A stretch of DNA of 64,000 nucleotides, taken from the NCBI GenBank assembly GCA_963776165.1, contig CAVZLI010000008.1, positions 351,424-415,423 of the forward strand. The letters are read 5' to 3'. Every line of letters begins with the position of its first letter. The first letter of the stretch is position 1. The stretch is from an uncultured Verrucomicrobiae bacterium (GTDB taxonomy: Bacteria; Verrucomicrobiota; Verrucomicrobiia; Chthoniobacterales; JACTMZ01). The notes below the pieces were generated by a model. That model ran no database searches. It was not told the DNA's origin and worked only from the letters and a program-made list of their open reading frames with translations. This document shows positions 38,471-47,387 of this stretch, piece after piece. The position numbers were made by a program, and so were the translations under genes.

Positions 38471-38651
38471 GCGAAGAATCCGGTGGGAAAAATTCCGGCG
38501 GATTTTCCGCGGCTCCGAGCGGTTTGTTTTCCGCTTTTTCCTCGGCGGCCTTTTTCTCTTCGTAGCCGGGGATGCTAACCGAGGGCGGGATGCGCTGGCA
38601 GGAGACGGCCGCCGAAGCGAGGACGGCGAGGAAGACGGGGAAATATTTCAC
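38466..38651 (-). CDS. Small putative lipoprotein
   Basis: MKYFPVFLAVLASAAVSC lipobox-like; follows the KH gene. Confidence 0.6.
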   Translation of the reverse strand: MKYFPVFLAVLASAAVSCQRIPPSVSIPGYEEKKAAEEKAENKPLGAAENPPEFFPPDSSR

Positions 38652-38655
38652 GGGA

Positions 38656-38895
38656 TCAATCGGGAACAATCAGCCGGGCTTTGCCGCCGTGTTTCGCCGC
38701 GGCCGCGTCGAGCAGACTGCGGATGGCGTGGATGGTCTGGCCGCGTTTGCCGATGATGCGAGGCAGGTCGGACTGGCGGGCCTGCACGGTGTAGACGTCT
38801 TTGCCGTCGACCGCGGCGTGGGTGAGGAAGACTTCGTCGGGATGGCCGGCCAGGCGGCGCAGGACGAAGGTCAGGAATTCCTCGATCGGGCTCAC
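38656..38895 (-). CDS. KH-domain RNA-binding protein (KhpA-like)
   Basis: IIGKRGQTIHAIRSLL; downstream of rpsP. Confidence 0.88.
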   Translation of the reverse strand: MSPIEEFLTFVLRRLAGHPDEVFLTHAAVDGKDVYTVQARQSDLPRIIGKRGQTIHAIRSLLDAAAAKHGGKARLIVPD

Positions 38896-39137
38896 GCGGC
38901 TTGGCGGGCTTTTTTGACCAGGCTGCGCACGGTGTCGGACATCTGCGCGCCGTTTTTGACCCAATGGTCGACGCGTGCGACGTCGATCTTGTAATTGGTG
39001 CCGGTTTTCTTCGGGTCGTAGTTGCCGATGATTTCGATGAATTTACCGTCGCGCGGGCTACGTTTGTCGGCCACCACCACTTTGTAGTAGGGGCTGTTGC
39101 GGTTGCCTTCGCGGCGGAGTCGGATTGCCGTTGCCAT
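38892..39137 (-). CDS. rpsP: 30S ribosomal protein S16
   Basis: IRLRREG...YKVVVADKRSPRDGKFIE..G.YDP. Confidence 0.98.
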   Translation of the reverse strand: MATAIRLRREGNRNSPYYKVVVADKRSPRDGKFIEIIGNYDPKKTGTNYKIDVARVDHWVKNGAQMSDTVRSLVKKARQAA

Positions 39138-39148
39138 AAGTTGTTTTG

Positions 39149-40480
39149 TCAGTTCCGGCCGAGCATGCCCATACCGCCTGCCCTTGCCATCATTTTTTTC
39201 AGTTTGCCGGGCTTTTTCATGAGTTTCCTCATGTCGGAGAACCGGAGAAGGAGGCTGTTGACCTCCGTGACCGTCGTCCCGCTGCCCCGGGCGATGCGCT
39301 GGCGGCGCCGGGCGTTGAGAACGTCGGGCCGCGCCCGCTCGCCGGGCGTCATGGAGAGGACGATGGCCTCCACCCGGCGCATCTGTTTTTCATCAACACC
39401 GGGATTCTTCATCTTATCCATGCCGGGGATGAGTCCAAGGAGATTCTCCAGCGGACCCATCTTGCGGAGCATTTTGAACTGTTCGAGGAAGTCGTTGAGG
39501 TCGAAATTCCCGCCGCGCAGGCGCGCCTCCATGCGGGCGGCATCCTCCATTTCGAAATTGGCGGCCGCCTTCTCGACGAGGCTGACCACATCGCCCATCC
39601 CGAGGATGCGGCCGGCCATGCGGTCGGGGTGGAAGACTTCAAAGGCGTCCACTTTCTCGCCGGTGCCGGCGAATTTGACCGGCTGTCCGGTGACTTCGCG
39701 CAGCGAGAGCGCTGCGCCGCCGCGGGCATCGCCATCGAGCTTGGTCAGGATGAGTCCGGTGACCCCGACCGCGCCGTGGAATTTTTCGGCCACGCCGACG
39801 GCCTGTTGTCCGGTCGCGGCGTCGCAAACGAGGAGACTTTCGTTCGGTTGGACAATGTCTTTGACCTTGCGCAGCTCGTCGATGAGACCGTCGTCGAGAT
39901 CCTGACGGCCGGCGGTGTCATAGATTTCGACATTGTGGCCCTGCGATTTGGCCCACGCCATGCCGTCCTTGACCACGCGCAGCACATTTTTTTCCCCGGC
40001 GGCCGGACGATACATGGGCACGTCGATTTGCGCAGCCAGCGTGGCCAGCTGATCGATGGCTGCGGGACGCTGCAAGTCGCAGGCGATGAGCACCGGGGTG
40101 CGTCCGTTTTTCTTGAGCCATGCGGCGAGCTTGGCGCACGTGGTGGTCTTGCCCGCGCCGTTCAGACCGACAACGAGGAGGCGGGCCTGCGGTCCGAGTT
40201 GGAGCGGGGCGGCATCGCCGCCGAGAAGCGCGGCCAGTTCGTCTTGGAAAATTTTGACGATTTGTTGCCCCGGCGTGATGCTGCGCAGCACTTCCTCGCC
40301 GAGGGCTTTCTCTTTGACCCGCGCGATGAAGTCTTTCGCGACTTTGAAATGCACGTCGGCCTCGAGCAGCGCGAGGCGCACTTCGCGGAGGGCGTCGTTG
40401 ACGTTCGACTCGCTGATGCGCCCGTGCCCGCGGAGGTCTTTGAAGACATCCTGCAGTTTGTCGGAAAGGCGGGAAAACAT
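39149..40480 (-). CDS. ffh: Signal recognition particle protein
   Basis: ALLEADV, GAGKTT, DTAGR, TKLDGDARGG, SMTPGER. Confidence 0.98.
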   Translation of the reverse strand: MFSRLSDKLQDVFKDLRGHGRISESNVNDALREVRLALLEADVHFKVAKDFIARVKEKALGEEVLRSITPGQQIVKIFQDELAALLGGDAAPLQLGPQARLLVVGLNGAGKTTTCAKLAAWLKKNGRTPVLIACDLQRPAAIDQLATLAAQIDVPMYRPAAGEKNVLRVVKDGMAWAKSQGHNVEIYDTAGRQDLDDGLIDELRKVKDIVQPNESLLVCDAATGQQAVGVAEKFHGAVGVTGLILTKLDGDARGGAALSLREVTGQPVKFAGTGEKVDAFEVFHPDRMAGRILGMGDVVSLVEKAAANFEMEDAARMEARLRGGNFDLNDFLEQFKMLRKMGPLENLLGLIPGMDKMKNPGVDEKQMRRVEAIVLSMTPGERARPDVLNARRRQRIARGSGTTVTEVNSLLLRFSDMRKLMKKPGKLKKMMARAGGMGMLGRN

Positions 40481-40540
40481 GGTGGGACGGAGATAGTAGC
40501 AGAGGCGACGCCGAGGCGCCAACTATGGCGGGGGCACCGT

Positions 40541-40924
40541 TCAGCAGCGGGCCACCTGCGGCAGGCAATCGAAGTGCGCATCGCGGGAAAAGAGCAGCAA
40601 GTCGTGCTGCACAGCGAGGGCCGCGATCCAGATGTCGTTTACTGGAATAGGGGTTCCTTGCAGGCGGAGTTGGGCGAAGATGCGGGCGAAGTGATGCGTC
40701 GTCTCCTCATCGGCCAGGAGGACGCGCACGCGGGGCGAATTCAGAAAAAGGGTGAGGGATTTTTCATTCTGGCGGGCGAGCGTTCCGCAAAGGAAACCGG
40801 CGCGGAGTTCGGCCAAAACAACAAAAGGCAAATAAATGCTTCGGGCGCGTTGGATCACATCCAAAGCCTCCTTGTTTCCCTCGCAGAAATCGCGGTAGCG
40901 ATTCGTATCGAGAAGGATCTTCAT
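40541..40924 (-). CDS. vapC: VapC-family PIN toxin
   Basis: LLDTN, VLAEL, PIPVNDIWIAA, SRDAHF. Confidence 0.93.
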   Translation of the reverse strand: MKILLDTNRYRDFCEGNKEALDVIQRARSIYLPFVVLAELRAGFLCGTLARQNEKSLTLFLNSPRVRVLLADEETTHHFARIFAQLRLQGTPIPVNDIWIAALAVQHDLLLFSRDAHFDCLPQVARC

Positions 40925-41175
40925 CGCCAGAGCGAAGGATCGATCTGATCGAAAGTTTTGACGGCTTCATCGAAGGCTGGATCAGCCACCCAAGAGCCGG
41001 ACAGGGCGTCCAAATCATGGCTGCGGCTCCCCTCATCACCATGTTCGGTTGCCGCGTCCAGCAGGGACAGGGCGACCGTGTTCAGACTTACGCCCTCCTC
41101 GGCGGCTATTTCCCGCAGAACGCAATCCGTCCGCTCAGAGACGCCTCGAACAGTGTATTGTATGGATTTTCGCAT
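40921..41175 (-). CDS. Ribbon-helix-helix antitoxin (FitA/VapB-like)
   Basis: QYTVRGV...A..EGVSLN; DLD.L.GSW; overlaps the vapC start. Confidence 0.85.
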   Translation of the reverse strand: MRKSIQYTVRGVSERTDCVLREIAAEEGVSLNTVALSLLDAATEHGDEGSRSHDLDALSGSWVADPAFDEAVKTFDQIDPSLWR

Positions 41176-41213
41176 GGTGCAGGCACGATAGTGCAGGCAT
41201 GCCTGCATTTCAA
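41176..41213 (-). promoter_or_regulatory. TA promoter with a perfect 16-bp palindromic operator in the spacer
   Basis: TTGAAA-TGCAGGCATGCCTGCAC-TATCGT-N9-ATG. Confidence 0.7.
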
Positions 41214-41242
41214 GCTTATCGCACAGGGACTGCGCGATCCAC

Positions 41243-42535
41243 CTACAAACCCAGATCTTTGAACACTTTGTCCACGTGCCGGAAGTGGCGGTCGAGGCCG
41301 CAGGCGTCTTGCAGTTCGGCGGCGGACAAGACCGCGTTGATTTCCGGTTCGGCGGAGAGGTTGGCCAGGAATTCGCCGTCGCCGGCCCATGTTTTCAACG
41401 CGGCACGCTGGACGGCTTCGTAGGCTTTTTGCCGCTCGAAGCCTTTTTCAGTGAGCATGAGCAGGACCGACTGGCTGGCAAAGAGGCCGCGGGACTTGTC
41501 CATGTTGGCCCGCATGTTTTCCGGATAGACCTGCAGGCCGCGCACCAGCTTGCTCATGAGCGCAAGCATGTAATCGAGCAGCGTGCAGCCGTCGGGCATG
41601 ATGATGCGTTCGGCGCTGCTGTGGCTGATGTCGCGTTCGTGCCAGAGAGCGACGTTTTCCATCGCGGTGACGGCGAAGCCGCGAAGGACGCGGGCCAACC
41701 CGCTGAGACGCTCGCCGGTGATCGGATTGCGTTTGTGCGGCATGGCCGAGCTGCCTTTCTGGCCTTTGGCGAAAAATTCCTCCACTTCGAGGACTTCGGT
41801 GCGCTGCAGATGACGGAACTCGGTCGCCCAGCGGTCGAGCGAGCTGGCGGCCAAAGCGAGCACAGTCATGAACTCGGCATGACGGTCGCGCTGCACGATC
41901 TGGGTGGAAAGCGTGGCCGGCTTGAGTCCGAGCTTGGCGCAGACTTCCTCCTCCACCCGCGGGTCGAGGTGGGCGCGCGTGCCGACCGCGCCGCTCAGTT
42001 TACCCACGGCGATGCGTTTCCGCATTTCGACGAGACGTTCGCGCACGCGACCGAATTCGTCATACATCAAGGCCATCTTGAGTCCGAAAGTGACCGGCTC
42101 GGCATGGATCCCGTGGCTGCGTCCCATCATGGGCGTGAGTTTGTGCGCGCGGGCCTGCTCGGCTGCGGCAGCGCGGACTTCATCGACGCCTTTGATCAGG
42201 AGGTCGGTGGCCTCGGACATCTGCACGGCCAGCGTGGTGTCGAGGACGTCGGAGGAGGTCAGGCCTTGGTGCATCCAGCGGGCGGCGGGGCCGACGGACG
42301 CGGCGACATTCTCGAGGAAAGCGATGACATCGTGGTTGGTGCGTTTCTCGATCTCGAGGATCTCGGGAATGGAAAATTTCGCTTTGGCGCGGATGGTCTC
42401 GGCATCGGCGGCGGGGATTTGCCCGAGGCGCGCCATGGCCTCGCAAGCCAGGGTCTCGATCTCGAGCCAGATTTCGTATTTGCGCTGGTCGGACCAGAGG
42501 GCCCGCATCTCCGGTCGGGAATATCGGTCAATCAC
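41243..42535 (-). CDS. purB: Adenylosuccinate lyase
   Basis: IDRYSRPEM, GRSHGIHAEP, GSSAMPHKRNP. Confidence 0.97.
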   Translation of the reverse strand: MIDRYSRPEMRALWSDQRKYEIWLEIETLACEAMARLGQIPAADAETIRAKAKFSIPEILEIEKRTNHDVIAFLENVAASVGPAARWMHQGLTSSDVLDTTLAVQMSEATDLLIKGVDEVRAAAAEQARAHKLTPMMGRSHGIHAEPVTFGLKMALMYDEFGRVRERLVEMRKRIAVGKLSGAVGTRAHLDPRVEEEVCAKLGLKPATLSTQIVQRDRHAEFMTVLALAASSLDRWATEFRHLQRTEVLEVEEFFAKGQKGSSAMPHKRNPITGERLSGLARVLRGFAVTAMENVALWHERDISHSSAERIIMPDGCTLLDYMLALMSKLVRGLQVYPENMRANMDKSRGLFASQSVLLMLTEKGFERQKAYEAVQRAALKTWAGDGEFLANLSAEPEINAVLSAAELQDACGLDRHFRHVDKVFKDLGL

Positions 42536-42574
42536 CGGCGCAGATTAGCGGATCGGAGGGAGCGGACAAACCCG

Positions 42575-42606
42575 GAAAACAAGAAGGGCCGGAAGCCACC
42601 CGGCCC
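42575..42606 (-). terminator. Rho-independent terminator
   Basis: GGGCCGG...CCGGCCC followed by TTCTTGTTTT on the minus strand. Confidence 0.6.
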
Positions 42607-42637
42607 CGACCCTGCTTGCCATGAAAAAAATCTGTCG

Positions 42638-42832
42638 TTACGCGCAAACCCTGACCCGTTTCAGATGACCGTGATCGCGTAGTTGCACGCGCCCGGTTTG
42701 GAACAAGTCGATGAGGGCGGCCAAGGCCTCGCGGCTGTCCTCGGTAGCGGAGCCGACGGCGGCCACCAACTCTCCCAAGGAATGGCGTGTCCGGTTGAAC
42801 TTGCGGTAGGGATTGAAGCTCTTTGTTTTCAT
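42638..42832 (-). CDS. Small hypothetical protein
   Basis: MKTKSFNPYRK...LGELVAAVGS...ALAALIDLFQTGRV; followed by a terminator. Confidence 0.6.
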   Translation of the reverse strand: MKTKSFNPYRKFNRTRHSLGELVAAVGSATEDSREALAALIDLFQTGRVQLRDHGHLKRVRVCA

Positions 42833-42871
42833 ACAAGCTTCGACCACGACCCGGCCCGGACGTTCAAATTT

Positions 42872-43570
42872 TCAAACGACCGTTTTTTCTCTCTGTCCGG
42901 AGGGGCCCGGATCGATCCCGAGGGGGCGTCCGGGGGTGACCAAGCCCCCGGAAAAAAGCATTTTGGTGGCTTCTTCCATGGTCATGTCGCAATCCCGCAC
43001 GCGGTCGGAGGGCACGGCGATGATCAGGCCGGTCGTAGGGTTGGGCGCGGTGGGAACAAAGACCGTGGTCATGGCCCGGCTGGTGCCCGCCTCGGTAAAA
43101 TGCCCGGTGGCGAAGCCGATGAGGTAGCTCCCGGTGGAGAGGAAATCGACGACCACGACCCGCTTGGATTTCCCGGCCGCGACCCCGCCTTGCAACGACT
43201 GCAGCACCTGCTTGGTGCCCGCGTAAATGGCCGCCACGACCGGCACGCGCAGAAGCAGGTTTTCGCCGCGCTCGAGCAGGCGCCGCCCGAGCACATGCGC
43301 CCCCATGAAACCAAGGGCCGTGAAAAAGACCAACGTGATGAGAAAGCCCAACCCCGGAATGTTCAGGCCGAATGTCTCCAGCCACGGTTCGCTCAGGCCG
43401 GTGATGACGCGGTAGCCGAACGAGAGCACCCAGTAGGTGACGACCAGCGGCACCGCAAAGGCGATGCCGGCGAGAAGACGGTTACCGAGCAACCCGAAGA
43501 AATGGGCCAATCGCCCGTGCTTGGGACGGTCGATTTCCTCTGGTGCGCTCGGCGTCACAGGGGAATCCAT
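42872..43570 (-). CDS. DUF502 membrane protein
   Basis: VP....IY...KQ, VFVPTAPNPTTG, MTMEEA.K...SGG. Confidence 0.92.
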   Translation of the reverse strand: MDSPVTPSAPEEIDRPKHGRLAHFFGLLGNRLLAGIAFAVPLVVTYWVLSFGYRVITGLSEPWLETFGLNIPGLGFLITLVFFTALGFMGAHVLGRRLLERGENLLLRVPVVAAIYAGTKQVLQSLQGGVAAGKSKRVVVVDFLSTGSYLIGFATGHFTEAGTSRAMTTVFVPTAPNPTTGLIIAVPSDRVRDCDMTMEEATKMLFSGGLVTPGRPLGIDPGPSGQREKTVV

Positions 43571-43607
43571 AGCACGGCGCCCCCCGCCGGGGCAAAACCC
43601 CGCCACT

Positions 43608-44252
43608 TCAACCGGCCAGACCCGCGCCCGATTTGATCCACTCTTTGATCATCTCGATCCCTTCGAGACCGAAACGGACGAAAACATAGACCACCACGGC
43701 GTAGAGCGCCGTGGCCAGGACGCCGAGGAATCCGGCGAAGATGCTGAAGAGCCCGTCCTCCTCGGTCAGCCCGATCCCCGTGAGAAAAATAACGAAAGCC
43801 GGAAACGTGTTGGTCAGCGGGATGGGCAGGATCATCAGGCAAGCCATGATGAGGACCAGCATGCCGAGGAAGGCGCGCCCGGCTCGCGAGCCGATCCATT
43901 GCAGCCGCGGACGGATGAGAAATTCGACCTTGCCGAAAAATTTGGAAAAGAACCCCAGCATGGCATCGAGGAATTTCCCGTGCAGCTTGGTGCGCGCCGC
44001 GCGTTCCGGCAGCCACGGCGTGGTTCGTCCGGCGATCATTTGCAGGGCCAGCACAGCAATGAGGATGCCGAACGGCGTGCTGTAACCCGGGGCCGGCACG
44101 GGCAACGCGCTCGGCAGTGAAAGAATGATGAGCAAAACCCCGAACCCGCGGTCGCCGATGCGCTCAAAGACCTCGCCGAGGGTCAGGCCGCTTTGCGACT
44201 GCTCGCGCGAGAGCAGCGCGGCCAGCGTGGTGGAGAGGTTTTCGCGGTGCAT
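43608..44252 (-). CDS. ExoD-family membrane protein
   Basis: LGE......RGFG.LL..LSLPSALP.P, LPIPLTNTFPA, EDG. Confidence 0.9.
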   Translation of the reverse strand: MHRENLSTTLAALLSREQSQSGLTLGEVFERIGDRGFGVLLIILSLPSALPVPAPGYSTPFGILIAVLALQMIAGRTTPWLPERAARTKLHGKFLDAMLGFFSKFFGKVEFLIRPRLQWIGSRAGRAFLGMLVLIMACLMILPIPLTNTFPAFVIFLTGIGLTEEDGLFSIFAGFLGVLATALYAVVVYVFVRFGLEGIEMIKEWIKSGAGLAG

Positions 44253-44348
44253 GGGTTTGTAGAGCGCCGCATCTCCTAACAGGCTGGCCGGCCCCGCGCA
44301 AACGCCTTCCTTGTCGCCCGAGGCGCGCCTCTGCTAATAAATGACCCC

Positions 44349-46796
44349 TTGGCCCGCGGTAAAACAACAGAAGAAGGAGGCAGCAAGGCGTGGAGTGAAG
44401 TGCTCGGGCTCGTCCTGCTCGGCGTCGGCACGCTGCTTTTCCTCGCCCTCGTCTCGTATAACCCCGAAGACGTCCCTTCGTGGCTGTTCTTCAGCAAACA
44501 GGGCGGCTCGAGCGGTCCGACGGAAAACTTCATCGGCCCGGTCGGCGCCGTGGTGGCCGGACTGTGTTACTTCCTGTTTGGGGCGGCCTCCTACCTGCTG
44601 GCCGTCGTCCTCATCGGTTTCGGCGGCGGCAAATTCCTTTCCAGCACCCTCGCCCTCGACCGCAAACGCTGGGCCTGGATCGGCGCGTTCATTTTCTCCG
44701 GCGCCTGCCTCGCCGGCATCCAGCCGTGGTTCCTCCAATCCTGGAAAACCCACTTCAACATCCTCGGTCCCGGCGGGTGGGTCGGCTTCGCTTTCGGCCA
44801 GACCGTGCTGGCCGGACTGCTCGGCATCGTCGGCGCGACCATCCTGCTTTCCATTTTCTACCTCGCCAGCCTGATCCTTATGACAGGGATGCACCCGGTC
44901 AAATTCTTCAAGACCCTCATGGTCGCCATTCCCGCTTGGTTCCGCGAACGCCGCGAGGCCAAGCTGGAACGGATCCGCTTGGAGCAGGAGGCCGCGGTGG
45001 AGGAAGCCCTGGCCAGCACCCCGCGCTCCCGCCGGTCGGGTAACGGATCGGCGCGCACCCGCAAAAAGGCGCCGGCACCCGAAGACACCGAGGAAGAGGA
45101 GGTAGCGGCTGAGGAAGAGGAAACTGTTCCCGAACGTCCTCTCCCCGAACCCAAGATCATCGACACCGGCGCCACCCCGGTCAAAAAACCGCCCGCCCCC
45201 GCCCCGCCGAAGAAAAAAGAAACCAGTCCCCTCGGTGCCGTGCCCGACATCCATATCGAGAACTATCAGATGCCGCCGCTCGACTTGCTCGATTCGCCCG
45301 ATGCCAGCGGACGTCAGAGCGCGGACCCCAACGAGTTGCTCGCCATGCAGAGCAGCATCCTCGACACACTGAAACAATTCGGTCTCGAGGCCAGCGCCGG
45401 CGACATCACCCGCGGACCAACCGTCACCCGCTTCGAGGTCTACCCCGCGCGCGGCGTGCGCGTCGATCGCATCGTCAGCCTGGAAAAAGACATCGCCCGC
45501 GCCACCCGGGCGGAAAAGATCAACATCCTCGCGCCCATCCCCGGCAAGGACACCGTCGGCATCGAAATCGCCAACAGTAAAAAGATCAAAGTCGTTTTCC
45601 GTGAACTCCTCGAGAGCGACGAATGGGTCAACAGCAAGGCCAAGATCCCGCTGGCCCTCGGCAAGGACGTCTACGGACGCACCATCATTGCCGACCTAGC
45701 GCAAATGCCCCACCTCCTCATCGCCGGCACCACCGGCAGCGGCAAGAGCGTGTGCGTCAACGCCATCATCGCCAGCATGCTCTACAAGTTCTCCCCCGAG
45801 GAACTGCGCTTCATCATGATCGACCCGAAGGTCGTCGAGATGCAGCACTACGGAAAGCTGCCCCACCTCGCGGCCAATGTCGTCACCGAGCCGAAAAAAG
45901 TCCTCCTCGCCCTGCGCTATGTCATCGACGAAATGGAGCGCCGCTACCGCATCTTCGCCAAATGCGGACTGCGCAACATCCACGGCTTCAACGCACGTCC
46001 GCTCGACAAAAAAGCCGACGACACACCGCCGCCCGAGCCCGAGCCGCAGGGGAACGCAGACGAGGAAGAGGGTATCGAGGATGCCGTGCTGGAAGCGGTG
46101 AAGCCGAAGAAAGGCGAGGAACTCGTCATTCCCGACCGCCTCCCGTTCATCGTCGTCATCATCGACGAGCTGGCCGACCTCATGCAGACCGCGCCGGCCG
46201 ACGTGGAAGCCGCCATCGCCCGCATCACGCAGATGGCCCGCGCCGCCGGTATCCACATGATCGTGGCCACGCAGACCCCGCGCGCCGACGTGGTGACGGG
46301 CGTGATCAAGGCGAACATCCCGAGCCGCATCGCTTTCCAAGTGGCCTCGAAACTCGACAGCCGCGTCATCCTCGACGCCAACGGCGCGGAAAAACTCCTC
46401 GGCCAAGGCGACATGCTCTACCTCCCGCCCGGCACCTCGACACTCGTCCGCGCCCAGGGCGTGCTCGTGACCGACGAAGAAATCCACCGCGTCGTCGACT
46501 ACGTCGGCGCGCAGGCCGAACCGGCTTTCGACCCCGGATTCCACGAAGCCATGACCTCCCCCGCCGGAGGCGACGACGACGTCACCGAGGAGGACGAGGA
46601 ACTGGTGGCCAAATGCCTCGGCATCATCAAGCAGGAAGGCAAAGCCTCCACCTCCATGCTCCAGCGCCGCCTGCGCCTCGGCTACACCCGCGCCGCCCGC
46701 GTGGTCGACATCCTCGAGCAGCGGGGCATCGTGGGACCCAAAGACGGGGCCAAAGACCGGGAGATACTTGTGGACTTGGAAAGCTTGCCGGATTGA
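44349..46796 (+). CDS. ftsK: DNA translocase FtsK
   Basis: 4 TM N-terminus, GTTGSGKS, IDELADL, AEKLLG.GDML, gamma domain LQRRLRLGY.RA. Confidence 0.97.
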   Translation: MARGKTTEEGGSKAWSEVLGLVLLGVGTLLFLALVSYNPEDVPSWLFFSKQGGSSGPTENFIGPVGAVVAGLCYFLFGAASYLLAVVLIGFGGGKFLSSTLALDRKRWAWIGAFIFSGACLAGIQPWFLQSWKTHFNILGPGGWVGFAFGQTVLAGLLGIVGATILLSIFYLASLILMTGMHPVKFFKTLMVAIPAWFRERREAKLERIRLEQEAAVEEALASTPRSRRSGNGSARTRKKAPAPEDTEEEEVAAEEEETVPERPLPEPKIIDTGATPVKKPPAPAPPKKKETSPLGAVPDIHIENYQMPPLDLLDSPDASGRQSADPNELLAMQSSILDTLKQFGLEASAGDITRGPTVTRFEVYPARGVRVDRIVSLEKDIARATRAEKINILAPIPGKDTVGIEIANSKKIKVVFRELLESDEWVNSKAKIPLALGKDVYGRTIIADLAQMPHLLIAGTTGSGKSVCVNAIIASMLYKFSPEELRFIMIDPKVVEMQHYGKLPHLAANVVTEPKKVLLALRYVIDEMERRYRIFAKCGLRNIHGFNARPLDKKADDTPPPEPEPQGNADEEEGIEDAVLEAVKPKKGEELVIPDRLPFIVVIIDELADLMQTAPADVEAAIARITQMARAAGIHMIVATQTPRADVVTGVIKANIPSRIAFQVASKLDSRVILDANGAEKLLGQGDMLYLPPGTSTLVRAQGVLVTDEEIHRVVDYVGAQAEPAFDPGFHEAMTSPAGGDDDVTEEDEELVAKCLGIIKQEGKASTSMLQRRLRLGYTRAARVVDILEQRGIVGPKDGAKDREILVDLESLPD

Positions 46797-46813
46797 TGCA
46801 TATTGCAAGTGAG

Positions 46814-47356
46814 ATGAGCACCGCCGTCGGACATGAGTTGAAAGCTCTCCGCGAATCGAAGGGCATCACCCTCGAGCAAGCGGCCAAAGACACCTGCCTG
46901 CGGGCCGGCTTCCTCCGCGAGTTGGAAGATTGCAACACGGCGTCCGATTTTCCCGATGTCTACCACAAGCTCTCCCTGCGCATGTATGCGCGCTACCTCG
47001 GGGTCGAAATCGAAAATACCCGGCGCGCCGTGCAGACCGGGGAGGGCACCCGCTTCGCACCGGTCGGCATGTTCATCCGCCGCATGGGACGTCCGCCCAA
47101 ACCGCCGCGGCTGAGTCCGGCTCAGCGCAACCGCTTGGTCAATGTCGCCAAAACCACCAGCGCGGCCGTAGTCACTGTCCTGGCTATCGGCCTCTGGTCG
47201 CTCAACGCCCAACTCTCCCGTCTGGACATCGACGAGACCAAACCGCGCGTCCGCGCCGTCGTCCCGGCCAAGCCAGCTCCTCTGCCGGTCGTGATCGAAG
47301 CACCCCGCTGCAGCCTCGAGGAACCCGTGGAATTAGTCCTCGTCCCCGGCGCCTGA
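46814..47356 (+). CDS. RodZ-like HTH membrane protein
   Basis: G.ELKALRESKGITLEQAA...YARYLG, one TM helix; lies between ftsK and rimO. Confidence 0.8.
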   Translation: MSTAVGHELKALRESKGITLEQAAKDTCLRAGFLRELEDCNTASDFPDVYHKLSLRMYARYLGVEIENTRRAVQTGEGTRFAPVGMFIRRMGRPPKPPRLSPAQRNRLVNVAKTTSAAVVTVLAIGLWSLNAQLSRLDIDETKPRVRAVVPAKPAPLPVVIEAPRCSLEEPVELVLVPGA

Positions 47357-47387
47357 CCGGCGTCCCGCCCGGACGCCTCGTCATCGA

